A DNA stretch of 63,381 bases, filler included, from Octopus bimaculoides (taxonomy: Eukaryota): NCBI RefSeq assembly GCF_001194135.2. It is 4 parts of 4 records of this genome, joined end to end, with 100 filler letters (N's around TTAATTAATTAA, not from the genome) between each part and the next. Parts side by side here need not be neighbours in the genome. Positions count along the whole stretch, not along the records: positions 24,989 to 50,720 come from NC_068985.1; 3 more parts are not named here. The stretch is one strand, 5' to 3'. Below the pieces are notes generated by a model. That model was given only the letters and a program-made list of their open reading frames with translations, searched no databases and was not told where the DNA came from. The number at the start of each line of letters is the position of its first letter. Within the stretch, counting starts at the first letter, position 1. Shown here piece after piece: positions 25,825 through 38,411 of this stretch. The position numbers and the translations under genes were made by a program.

Positions 25825-26701
25825 NNNNNNNNNNNNNNNNNNNNNNNNNNNNNNNNNNNNNNNNNNNNNNNNNNNNNNNNNNNNNNNNNNNNNNNNNNNN
25901 NNNNNNNNNNNNNNNNNNNNNNNNNNNNNNNNNNNNNNNNNNNNNNNNNNNNNNNNNNNNNNNNNNNNNNNNNNNNNNNNNNNNNNNNNNNNNNNNNNNN
26001 NNNNNNNNNNNNNNNNNNNNNNNNNNNNNNNNNNNNNNNNNNNNNNNNNNNNNNNNNNNNNNNNNNNNNNNNNNNNNNNNNNNNNNNNNNNNNNNNNNNN
26101 NNNNNNNNNNNNNNNNNNNNNNNNNNNNNNNNNNNNNNNNNNNNNNNNNNNNNNNNNNNNNNNNNNNNNNNNNNNNNNNNNNNNNNNNNNNNNNNNNNNN
26201 NNNNNNNNNNNNNNNNNNNNNNNNNNNNNNNNNNNNNNNNNNNNNNNNNNNNNNNNNNNNNNNNNNNNNNNNNNNNNNNNNNNNNNNNNNNNNNNNNNNN
26301 NNNNNNNNNNNNNNNNNNNNNNNNNNNNNNNNNNNNNNNNNNNNNNNNNNNNNNNNNNNNNNNNNNNNNNNNNNNNNNNNNNNNNNNNNNNNNNNNNNNN
26401 NNNNNNNNNNNNNNNNNNNNNNNNNNNNNNNNNNNNNNNNNNNNNNNNNNNNNNNNNNNNNNNNNNNNNNNNNNNNNNNNNNNNNNNNNNNNNNNNNNNN
26501 NNNNNNNNNNNNNNNNNNNNNNNNNNNNNNNNNNNNNNNNNNNNNNNNNNNNNNNNNNNNNNNNNNNNNNNNNNNNNNNNNNNNNNNNNNNNNNNNNNNN
26601 NNNNNNNNNNNNNNNNNNNNNNNNNNNNNNNNNNNNNNNNNNNNNNNNNNNNNNNNNNNNNNNNNNNNNNNNNNNNNNNNNNNNNNNNNNNNNNNNNNNN
26701 N

Positions 26702-26742
<41 letters not shown>

Positions 26743-27544
26743 ATTAATTTCTATTAATAATTTTCTATCTATTCTGAATTTTCTTTCAAAATGCTCAACT
26801 ATGTTCTTTAAATGTTGTTCAAGTCTGTTTTCATATATATTATGTTTCTTTCAATATACATCATATACTAACTGGTATATGTGTGTGCCAGTCTGCAAAT
26901 GTGATTGTATAGTGCAACTGTATGCAAATTTTATAGGCACATCTATCACACATATTATCATCTTAGTCTAATCTTATTCTTCATATGTGTGTATGTGTAA
27001 TAAGTCAACAGACTAAAATTTTCAATGTATGTAAAGTGGTGCACATAGGCACCAATTTGAAAGAGAAAAATAGGGCAAAAGGCCTCAGATAATAGTGACC
27101 TTATTACTTTTGTGTCAGATTGGTTCTTATAATGATTGAAATAATTTTCATTAGATTTCATAAGTTAAACTGCTTTATGTTTACTTAATAAAATAAATTA
27201 CTGATAATCACAGTAGCTAAAGGGAAGCAAAGGAAGAAAACGAATTAAGTAATTCTTGTTATTCATTGAATAAAAGTAGCTACTGCATAAACAAAAGGTT
27301 GCTAGTTTAACAAAATAAAATTGAAAAGAAATACAAAATAAATAAAAAGAAAAACCAATGTGAACAGTTTCATTTCAGTACTACAGCTTCCAGAAAAAAG
27401 TACTGAATGAAAACAAATATACATTACATAAAACACTTGATTTTTTTTTAAAAACTCACCTTTTGATGTACCTACTGTGTGTGTGTGTGTGTGTGAGTGC
27501 GCGTGTGTGTGTAAACTTATATATCTGCTCATCTACCTATCTAT

Positions 27545-27995
27545 CTATGGTATCTTTTCCTTTTGTAGCTGCCATCTTAGCACAGGGAAAAAGTTCTTCA
27601 AGTGCTCCTGGATTAACTGAGAGAAAAAAATATTGTCCCTCATGTAGATCTGGAATAAAATTTTCACTGAAATTTTTTTTCCACAAGTCGTTCACATATT
27701 CATTTTGATTATGTTGAAAATTGCAGGTCAGGTTTAAAAAAACTCAACAAAATAAATGACAAACACTGCTGTATGTGTATCTGTGTGTATATGTATGAAC
27801 ATAACTGTGTCTGTGTACACACACACACACACACATGCATGTACGTACATATGTGTGTATGTATAAAATGTATATACATGTGCATATCTACATATATACA
27901 TGTCTTTTATATGTATGTGCCAGCATATAAAGGCACATATGTATGTGTATATGTATGTATTTATATGTGTATGAATGTAATTATGTGTATGTATG

Positions 27996-28045
<50 letters not shown>

Positions 28046-30596
28046 AGAACACAAATAGTTTGATGAGGTGATCAATAATGTGTCTTCAATTTCCCAGTGG
28101 GAGATGAAATGTCTTTGTAACTGATGGGATCCCTATTTCTCCCCAATTTCATACTGCTTTTGGGATCTTTTATTTATTTTTTTTTTTTGAAGACATATTA
28201 TAATTGAAAGGACATGTTTTGTTTTTCTTGTCGTAACAAATATTTTACATATTCATATATTTAATTAGCCAGCAGAGCGAAAAAAAAAAAAATTTTGAAA
28301 ATTAATGAAAATTGGTGGGAAGGGTGGGAAATGAAAAATAATAATAATTGCTTTTTAAAGAAATTCCTTTTGATGAATTTTATATATATATTTTTTTTTC
28401 TTTCAAATGTTTCTAATATTTTATTGTTTTCTGATCTCTCCTTTAACATTTTATAATTTTTTTTTTCTCAGGAAGAATTTTTTTTTTTTTAATTTCTATA
28501 TTTTGTTTTGTAACACATTTTCACCAAACATTTGCACAATTTGTTTTGATTTGTCTATGTGTGGCTTAGTTTGGTTGTATTTTAACATTTTACTTTCAAA
28601 TTTTTTTATCACATCATATAGAATTTATACATTTGTTGCAAACTTGGTGTTAGACAGATCCGCTGGAGGTAATCGCAGCATTGAATAGGTATCGCTGATA
28701 TCAGATTTAAAGCTCCTTGGCACAAAAGTCCGATTGTAGTTAGATTCATATCTGCAATGTAAGAAATTGCAAAGTCTGAATTTTAGGATAAATCATGATT
28801 ATATCTATGTGTATACATGCTTCTTTGAATGTACATGTTTCATCGTTTAACGTCCGCTTTCCATGCTAGCATGGGTTTATATATATTTATACGTATACAA
28901 ATAAAGTATGATATGTTTTAAAACAAAAAGAAACAAAACAATTGTTATCAGATTTGGTGTAATACATAAAGCCTTCAATTTGTGTAATGTGGGGTAAGAG
29001 AAATTATATAAACTTGTGGTGAGGAGGAATATATAAATTAATGTATTCATCCAGCAATATCATGCTGAGATGACTGCATCAACTGGCATCAATAGCTGTC
29101 TCAAAGTGAGGTCATCTGTATGAAATATTTCAGTTGTAAAGCTGTGTATTCTTAAAACACACACATATAATTTATATATTTAGAGGCAGAGGGCGACTAT
29201 TATTTGGAGCACATGGTATATTACTGATTGTAATTTTATGTTGAAATTTTTTTGCTGCCACCAATTTAAATATTTTTACATATTCTATTTGTCAATGTGT
29301 GAAGAGAATTAACATTTTTCATTAATTTATTTGAATGTATTTCTCTAATTTTCATCTGTTATAAGCATCAAATTCTATTTGTGTGTTTAGCATTTTCTGT
29401 ATTTGAATATTGAGTTGAGATAGCAAGTCTTGAAATTTAAGAAAATGAAAAAGATGCATGCTTGAACAATCAATTTCAACTGATACTTTTGATATCAACC
29501 TATCTGGGACCACTTATGGGTTTATAGTATAAAACACCTTGTTCCAAAGTATTCAGGTGTAAACTAAAATGTTCCATAATAATTTTATGTCTAAGTTTTG
29601 GTTAAGTTCCAAACATTAGATTAATATATATCTATAAATGGAAAAATTTAGTAAATCTCTTCAATTTTTATGTTAAAAATGAATTGAAACCTGTATGCAA
29701 AATATTTAATCAAAAATATGGTCACAAAATGGTTTAAAATTGTTTGAATACACATATAAACAGAATATTGAATGAGCATGCTTATATATACACATATATA
29801 TACATGTGTGTACACAGACATCATCATTGTTTGAATGTCAACTTTCCGATGTTTGCATATGTAGGATAGAGTTTATTAAGGTAGATTTTCTACAACTGGA
29901 TGTTCTTTCTGTCACCAATCCTTACCTGTTTATAAGCAAGTTAATAATTCCTGACTGGCCAGACAAGTTTTCAAAGAATATTGGAAATAAATGACATTCT
30001 TATATGACAGTAACATTTGTTTACAGTTGTCGTATGAAGTCGAGACAAGTAGACACGAATAAACACATGTGCACGCACGCACACACACACACACACACAC
30101 ACGTGTGTGTGTGTGTACATATGTGAGTGTGTGTTTGCTCTTATTTGTATTTGTTTTTTTGTGTTAAGACAAACATGTTTTAATATTCTATGTCTTTGCT
30201 TAAGGTGGCAAGTTGGCTGAATCATTAGCACATTGGGCAAAATGCTTAGCTTCTGTCTAATAAAAAACCTTTGGTTCAAAATGTCTGTATTAACTCTTTC
30301 CAAATATATAAAAGCTAATGTCTTGATACAGAACAGAACTGGAAAGAAGAAAGTCCTTTGCGACTTCTTACTGCAGCTGGATAGTCATCCTACAGGCTAA
30401 ATCTGCTCTTCATTTATTCAAGCTTCATTCTAATAAGGAATAATTCGACAACTGATGCCTCATCACACATATGGCTAAACCTGATGTACTTACTTTTCTC
30501 ATTTTTTAAGCTCTCATAGAAATTAATTGTCAATTTTTTTGGGAAATGCAAATTATTATAATTTCTTGATATATAATAAGCAATTAGTTGGGCATT
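27545..30596 (-). CDS. tentative 4-exon 3' end of an unidentified gene (30596-30494, 29998-29926, 28751-28631, 27649-27545)
   Basis: AG/GT boundaries (donors GTAAGT, GTAAGG, GTATAA). Phases 1/2/0 chain into one open frame: NAQLIAYYISRNYNNLHF...INRYESNYNRTF...IYMRDNIFFSQLIQEHLKNFFPVLRWQLQKEKIP*. No homology was recognised, and alternative frames are also open. Confidence 0.2.
30204..30290 (+). mobile_element. SINE family A 5' fragment, CpG-decayed
   Basis: GGTGGCAAGTTGGCTGAATCATTAGCACATTGGGCAAAATGC: the CpG positions seen in other copies read TG or CA here. Confidence 0.65.
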
Positions 30597-32029
30597 CTAT
30601 GGAAACCTTTTTTCTGGTAATCTATATAAGTGAATAGATAAATGTTTGGCAAGAATTGTTGTCTTTCTGCTTTGGCTGATCTTCATCTGACACAATGACA
30701 CAACAATTGCTCAAGCCACATTATTTGCTTCATTGGCAAAATCTGACAGAAGAATATGTTATACTGATACACAGCTCAAGGCACTTTTGCCACAGCTATA
30801 CAAACATTTCTAATTGTTTGCTGCCATGGCAATAGCATCATGAAAAGCAAAATAGCTGCGTAAGTTTTCTAATCACATTCTTGAAACTATTATTACTTCA
30901 ATTTTTGAGAAACAGGCACCTTCAAAACCATATTCTCTGCCTTCAATTAACAGAGCTTAAAGTGGTGTCTTGACAGTCAAAGTGGATTCAATAGAATTGA
31001 TTATACCTTGACGGGCCAAAGCTTGTGACCCTGTTAGAACTTGTTTGCAGAATTAATACAGTGATAGAATTAATACCTTATGGTAACTAGTTACATCCCT
31101 TTATATTCTGAATTCTAATCTTTCCGGAGTCAATATCAGACCAAGTATTGAGATTGATAGCATTGGCTCTTCTTTTGAACCTCCAAAATTTATGACCTTG
31201 TAGCCATGTTACAAGTCTTTCCTCTGCCTAAATAACAATGGTGAAGGAAGTTGTATTGTGGATTAAAAGGGTTGGGGATATGTCTTTTCATCTCTGGCAA
31301 AGTCCTCATCTGCCATTTCAGACAGGTAAAAAAAGGTGCAGAAGGAGGTGCTAACATTCAGTATATGTTTTATGAAAGGTGGGCAAGATTGTAGTTAAAT
31401 GGGTCTCTTTTGATTATGTGACTGAAAGCAGGAGACAAGAAGTTTTCATGTTAAATGTTTTTTTCCCCAAACTATTTTGTACTCTACATACAAGTCAAGT
31501 ATTCTGATTTCTGACATCATAATCCATTTGATATGATAGCATGAGAGACAAAGCTGATTATTGTTATGAAAATATTCAATTATTTTACTTTTACAACTTT
31601 GACATTGAATATTTGCAGCATTGTAGCAATTACATTTGCTTAAGTTTTGCAATAACGCATGGCAACCATAGTCTGTGTCTGGATTTAGCAGTTTTTAAAC
31701 ATTTTCGTGACAATATGTTCAAAGTTACAGAATTTAATGCAGCAGAGTAATCTAGGACTTGGTGTGAAGTTTTCTGCCAAACTATACTTCATAGGCTTTT
31801 TTTTTTTTTTCCTACTGAGGTCAGAGTGGTGGATAAAATTTATAAAACAAGTTTCCTTATTGACCTGTTATGTTTGATTGACACATGAACAGAAAATAAA
31901 GGAGCATAAAAGTTGACAAACTATCACAAGTAGAAAATAATAAGGATGTGGAAAATGAAGGTAAGCTATCATGATGGCATGGGCGGCTGGATAAATTGAC
32001 CAGGGCTGGTGAGCTGAGAAACTGCACCA

Positions 32030-32400
32030 CACTCTGATTTAGCATGGTTTCTATGGCTGGATGGCCTTCCTAATGACAATCACTCCAAGAATGTAAAGGG
32101 TGCTTTTACAAGACACTGGCATGGGTGCCATTTGCATGACACCAGTACTGTCACAACTATGGTTTCACTTGGCCTGATGGGTCTTCTTCTCCAGCACAAC
32201 ATATTGCCAAAGATCTCAGTTGTTTGTCACTGCCTTTGCAAGGCCAAACACTTGAAAGGTGCTTTTTATGTGCCACCAGCATGGGTGCCAGTTATGTGAC
32301 ACTGACAATGACCACAACTATGATTTCACTTGGCTTGACAGGTCTTCTCTGTGAGACCCAACTTTGAAGATCATGCTTAACCACCTAATCCCATGTCACC
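32030..32400 (-). mobile_element. decayed RTE-type LINE 3' UTR fragment
   Basis: GGTTTCTATGGCTGGATGGCCTTCCTAATG..TTCACTTGGC is similar to the tail of the RTE at 38412-38700. Confidence 0.55.
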
Positions 32401-32869
32401 CTGGATCTCAAGGTGACTCAGGTGGGGTGAGAAGCTGCTGCCTGGCCTGGATCATGATTCTCATAAGTCTGATTTCCTTCCTCACCAATATGAAAGTCAC
32501 TTGAAATTATACATCCCAAACATGCCATTAGCAGTTTGCATGTCAGAGTGGAAGGGGCCCATATCCTCCTGATAGCTTGTGTACAACTGTCAAGTATATT
32601 TCAAATATAGTTTGCACCAGCAATCTTTCTGATGAGTCTTCTTCACAACCAGCAACTTTTCAGTTTGGTTCACCTCTTGCATTTCCTTCAAGAAATCCTT
32701 CATGTCACCACTGTAAATTTCATGGTTTCCAACGAAGGCAAAATGATGTTTTGATTTTGAAGCCTTTTAAGAATTTCTCTTCTGGTCCTCTATGATTTAC
32801 CTTAGGAGGACTTCTTTGCTCAGGAACTTTATTTTGGTTTTTAGCGCTATCCCTGGCAATTTTCACTCT

Positions 32870-33157
32870 CTGAAGACATGCGTAGGCTTGCAAGGAATGA
32901 AGCCAGTATGCTCTGATGGATGTGTAATGTCAGTGTGCATACATGACAGAGTGTAAGTACCTTGAGAGAAAAGTTGAACCTAAGAAGCATCAGTTGTGGT
33001 GTACAAGAGAGACGATTGCGCTGGTATGGTCATGTGGCGAGAATGGATGAGGATAGCTGTGTGAAAAAGTGTCACACCCTAGCGGTCGAGGGAACCTGTG
33101 AAAGAGGTAGACCCAGAAAGACCTGGGATGAGGTGGTGAAGCACGACCTTCGAACAT
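32870..33157 (+). mobile_element. RTE-clade LINE ORF C-terminal fragment
   Basis: LREKLNLRSISCGVQERRLRWYGHVARMDEDSCVKKC...GRPRKTWDEVVKHDLR contains the RLRWxGHVxR and GRPRKTW motifs. Confidence 0.9.
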
Positions 33158-35248
33158 TATTTTTTCTTTTTTAAAACAGCGTTTCTTGTTTACGTACATT
33201 ACAGTTTCATATCATTTTGGTCTCTTTTGTACACACCAGATGGAGTTTCTAATGCTCAGTTACTCTTTCATACAAATTGGAGAAATACATCAAACAACTT
33301 ATACTCAATTCATTTTCTTTTTCTTTTCAAAAGTATTTGGCTGAAAATATATGGAATTAAGCTACAGGATATTGTGTCAGGGCTAAATTTTTAGCGCATT
33401 CATCTCTTAAGATATGATGGAATTAATTGTTCCTTACTGAGCTAAACAATCTTTATAGTAAAGCAGATTATGTTTCAGATGCAAAATAGATTTTCATTGC
33501 TGTTTGAAATGAGTGATAGATTTGGTTGTAGATATTCTGTAACAGAATTTTTGAAAAAAATGTTAATAAATAACTGAAAGAGAACACATCCAGAATTGTC
33601 ATCCTCAGCAAAATAGACAAGGAATAAAATTGGAATAGTCCTGATGTATTCACATTAATTTTGGTTTATAGTTCAAAATTTTCATAGAAACTTTATGTAT
33701 GTTTACATATTGTAAGAAGGATAGCATATTTGATTATCTTTGAAAATTCTGTAACTTTGAACATATTGTCACGAAAATGTTTAAAAACTGCTAAATCCAG
33801 ACACAGATTATGGTTGCCATGCGTTATTGCAAAACTTAAGCAAATGTAATTGCTACAATGCTGCAAATATTCAATGTCAAAGTTGTAAAAGTAAAATAAT
33901 TGAATATTTTCATAACAATAATCAGCTTTGTCTCTCATACTATCATATCAAATGGATTATGATGTCAGAAATCAGAATACTTGACTTGTATGNNNNNNNN
34001 NNNNNNNNNNNNNNNNNNNNNNNNNNNNNNNNNNNNNNNNNNNNNNNNNNNNNNNNNNNNNNNNNNNNNNNNNNNNNNNNNNNNNNNNNNNNNNNNNNNN
34101 NNNNNNNNNNNNNNNNNNNNNNNNNNNNNNNNNNNNNNNNNNNNNNNNNNNNNNNNNNNNNNNNNNNNNNNNNNNNNNNNNNNNNNNNNNNNNNNNNNNN
34201 NNNNNNNNNNNNNNNNNNNNNNNNNNNNNNNNNNNNNNNNNNNNNNNNNNNNNNNNNNNNNNNNNNNNNNNNNNNNNNNNNNNNNNNNNNNNNNNNNNNN
34301 NNNNNNNNNNNNNNNNAAACACTCCTCCTCTCCTACTAAAATAGCATACGTAAAAAGTATCTAACCAGAAAACTTGAAATTCATAAAAGGAGGTTTCTGT
34401 AGAATGTCCCCACCACCACCACCACCAAACAAAAAAAAACTAAAAGGGGGGTGCAGTCCATGTCCTTTACCTCTGCCTAAAGGACGGGTTAGTATTATCG
34501 TTTGTTCCTTGATGTTGAGCAGCTGGCAAGGAAAGCCCACGATGAACATGTATTTTTATGTAATTAGCCTTTTTAGTTACTCAGGGAAGCAGATGGCATC
34601 ACTGAAGAAGTAAACAGTATGGCTAACTACATGTAGTTAATAAAGTAGTTAATAATTTGAAGAGACAGTTTTAGTTTTCCATGGTAACCAGTGTACCAGA
34701 TTGTACATTTACTTTGTGGTTCTCTCATCACTTCTCCAGCAAACCTTGGCTCACTGATGAGATCTAATGAGGCTAGCATATGAACTTGTCTTCTATAATT
34801 AGCAAAATAATTGAATATAACAATTAGTATTGATTAGGATTTCTTTTTCCTCTCTGCATAATTATTTCACATAAACTTAACATAACGTTAAAGTGACATG
34901 GAGCATCATGAATTGAATTCAGATAATAAAAGGAAATAATGATGATAATAATTACCTATCAGCAGGACCAGGTACATCAGTTAACCCTGGTCTGGAAACA
35001 TAGTCATAAGGTTGGGATGTCATACTGCCCTCCCTGTTACTGGGGTCCATATAATAGGGTTCTGTGTAGAGTATATGTGCGTTGTTGTTACTCTGAAAGT
35101 GAAACAAAAAGAACTGAATTATTAGCAAAAGCATACTCCTACAGAAAAACGTGTGTGTGTGTGTGCCTGTGTGCACACAAAATACTTATGTAATGAACAA
35201 ACTGGAATTGAAAAAAATTTAATATATGTTTAACTGTTGATAGTAGTA

Positions 35249-35280
<32 letters not shown>

Positions 35281-35721
35281 ATGCATATGTGTATATATGA
35301 CATCATNNNNNNNNNNNNNNNNNNNNNNNNNNNNNNNNNNNNNNNNNNNNNNNNNNNNNNNNNNNNNNNNNNNNNNNNNNNNNNNNNNNNNNNNNNNNNN
35401 NNNNNNNNNNNNNNNNNNNNNNNNNNNNNNNNNNNNNNNNNNNNNNNNNNNNNNNNNNNNNNNNNNNNNNNNNNNNNNNNNNNNNNNNNNNNNNNNNNNN
35501 NNNNNNNNNNNNNNNNNNNNNNNNNNNNATATGCATGCATATATTATATATGTATGTATATATTATATATGCATGTATATATTATATATGCATGTATATA
35601 TATATATATATATATATATAATGCATATGTGTATATATGACATCATTTATTTTCTTAGAAAAACAGTCAACACTAATAATTTTTCATGTTTCATTTTCTT
35701 CTTTTTGTTTTGTTTTACAAG

Positions 35722-35783
35722 AAGTGTTAAAATAGGAAGGTTGCAAAACATACAAAACAATGATTTAAAATGCTCACAAAATG
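35722..35783 (+). CDS. candidate internal exon (SVKIGRLQNIQNNDLKCSQN)
   Basis: Long pyrimidine tract plus AG, donor G|GTGAAT, and only one open frame. No homology was recognised. Confidence 0.15.
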
Positions 35784-36129
35784 GTGAATTAATGGAATAA
35801 GCTGATTCAAATACCAAAGAGCAAGATTGACATAATGTATCAATAATGAAACATTTACACAATGTCTTATTTTCACAGGTTTAAAAATGTACAGATATTT
35901 GTAAATAAATATTTGTGAGATGAATTAGATTGAATTATGAAAAAATTGGTTAAATGAAAAGGAAGTTCCTCTACAAAACAAATTTATCTATGGTCAATTG
36001 TATTAATGGGACTCCTGGTGTTTTGCTGTGTTTCAAAAGACACGTCCAGCTAAGTTAAGGCATGGTTGCCCTTGCATACAGACTTTTCTCCTGCAACCTT
36101 CTCAAGCTGAGCATCCCTAATTTTGTGGG

Positions 36130-36340
36130 TTCCTAGGTGCTGGTCTGACATAAAAAAAACACCTGTACTGGTGCTGCATAAAAGCACCTAGTACGCTCTG
36201 TAAAGTAGTTGGTGTTAGGAAGGGCATCCAGTTGAAGAAACCATGCCAAAACAGACATGGAACCTGAACAGCCCTTTAGCTGGTCAGCTCCTGTCAAACT
36301 GTCCAGCTGAGAAAGTAGTTGTTAAATGATGATGACGGTG
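36130..36340 (+). mobile_element. RTE-type 3' tail fragment
   Basis: GTTGGTGTTAGGAAGGGCATCCAG..AAACCATGCCAAAACAGAC..GTTAAATGATGATGA, the same tail family as at 38.4 kb. Confidence 0.65.
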
Positions 36341-36839
36341 ATATTTATATCATTTCATACATAAGTTTCAGGTTTGTATGAGTATAACGGGAAATGCATC
36401 CAATACATAAACCTTCTGTTAAAACATTTCAAAATACAGAGGAATTTATAGAAATATTTAAATATATATGGTTAGAGCAGAAAATCAGCTACTAAGGTAG
36501 GTGGAGAGATATGTATATAGAGGGTGAAAAAGAAGGATAAGAGAGGCACAGAGAGAGAAAGGTGGGGGGTGATAAAAAGAAGAGAAAGATGTATAAAGTA
36601 AGATAGTGAGAAATAGGATGTAGGAGGAAACAGTATTGAAAGAAGATTGTATAGTTGTGTTTGTTTGCATAGAAAATGCAAAGAAATTGGATAAAGTGTA
36701 ACTGATTGAATAGGTCAAGAATTTTTGTGGGAGAGGAAATAAAGCTGGTGACAGGGTGTGGTTAAGAGTTTTAGTAGTCAATGGAACTGGTAATATAAGG
36801 CCTTGAACATAATGAGTGATGTCAAGGTGCTTTGGATTA

Positions 36840-36881
<42 letters not shown>

Positions 36882-37640
36882 GGCAACACCTGCACACACA
36901 CACATAAAAATTGTGGGGGCTAATGCAGTTTTGCACTTCTTGAAAAATGAATTTTTTTGAAAATATTTTTTCAGATTACTACGTTTAGATGTCGGAGATT
37001 ATGAATATGCNNNNNNNNNNNNNNNNNNNNNNNTAATTTTGGATATTTATTCAGTCTTTTATGGCATAGAATATAATGCATAAATTTTACACTGTGATTC
37101 AATATAAAAATCAGAAAGAAACTATAAAATTAAATAATATTAAACATTACATGCACTAATTTTAGGGAGAGAAACAGAGAAAACAAGCTCATAGTCAATG
37201 AGCTTGCTTCTCATTTTTGTTTCAAATTGGTGCTTATAATGTCTAATATATTTATACTGGAAATCTTAGCAATTATTTCATTCAAATTATAAATTCTTTC
37301 ATAATAAAAAAAAATTCTTTGACATGAAAAGCTTTGTGTATTGACATAATATGCTATGTAAGTGTAAGATATTGTGATTCTGTATGAAAATGAAATATTG
37401 TATAAAAGTTGAGATAAGATTTGATGCCAACACAGTGTATAAGGTGAAACAGTGCTATTAAATGGCATATTGTGCAAAGGTGAGATATTCACAAAGGTGA
37501 AATCTAGCATGAAAGTGAGGTATTGCATAATTGTAAGTTATTAAAGTGATATGTATGAAGATGACATATTGTATGAAAGTGAGATACAGTACAAACATGG
37601 AACATAGAATAAAGACAGTTTGTTTCATTTGATTCCTTAC

Positions 37641-37713
37641 CTCAGATTCATTATATGAGTAGGTATTGTATGAACATTATAAATTGCATAAATGGCAATG
37701 ACATGTATGTCAT
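37641..37713 (-). CDS. candidate internal exon (DIHVIAIYAIYNVHTIPTHIMNL)
   Basis: Acceptor CCATAG, strong donor GAG|GTAAGG, single open frame. Confidence 0.15.
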
Positions 37714-37842
37714 CTATGGCAGATATATATATTTCAGAAGTAGTTTACAGTTATCTTTACAAGATAAGTCATATTGGCTTCAATGGTACTGTCATTATCC
37801 GTTTCTATTTTACATTTGTTTTGCTGTGTTTGCTTGATTTAG

Positions 37843-37925
37843 ACATGGTTGTGACTTTGGATGTTTAAATGTCTCAAATAAAAATGCATTACAGCTAGAT
37901 ATCATCCCCAAAGCTAACAAAGTAG
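37843..37925 (+). CDS. candidate internal exon (HGCDFGCLNVSNKNALQLDIIPKANKV)
   Basis: Pyrimidine tract plus TTTAG acceptor, strong donor TAG|GTAAGC, and an open frame with a weak ankyrin-like HGxD..N..AL pattern. Confidence 0.2.
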
Positions 37926-38411
37926 GTAAGCTGAAGCAAGAATCTTACATCTTTATAATCCTAATAATTCTGTGAAAGTTCTGCTTTTTATAATTTGAAA
38001 AAAATAAAATATAAATTTTGACAAGGAGGGGATTGAAACATATCATAGATGACATTTCTAGAAAGTCTGATATCTATTGACCCCACCCCACATCCTGGAA
38101 GACTGAAGCATATATCCTATGTAGAGATCAAATAAAACATCCTCAATACATTTCAACAGAATATGTATGAGCAAGAAATATGTCTCATCCACTCACATAA
38201 CTCACATACACATCAATTGAACGACTTTTACTCCATTGCCTCTCTACCTTGGCAAAAAGGAATTGCTATTTCTAGAGACCAAACTGTTTTATAAATACAT
38301 AGTTTTTTTTTACTGAAACGTTGGAATAATCAAAATTAGCAAGATAATGCTATCTATCCTCATTGTAAGATTGTAAGAAACACTTAGAAAATTGAAAAAA
38401 TTCATCCAAGT

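Larger units (their letters stand above)
31487..33992. repeat. 249-bp inverted repeat (31487-31735 and 33744-33992), 2 mismatches
   Basis: Direct reading. The ORF track shows the same peptides on opposite strands. The right arm ends at an N gap. Confidence 0.92.

Noticed and set aside
35265-35646. Short direct repeat flanking a gap
   Set aside because: Probably an unmerged contig overlap in low-complexity sequence.
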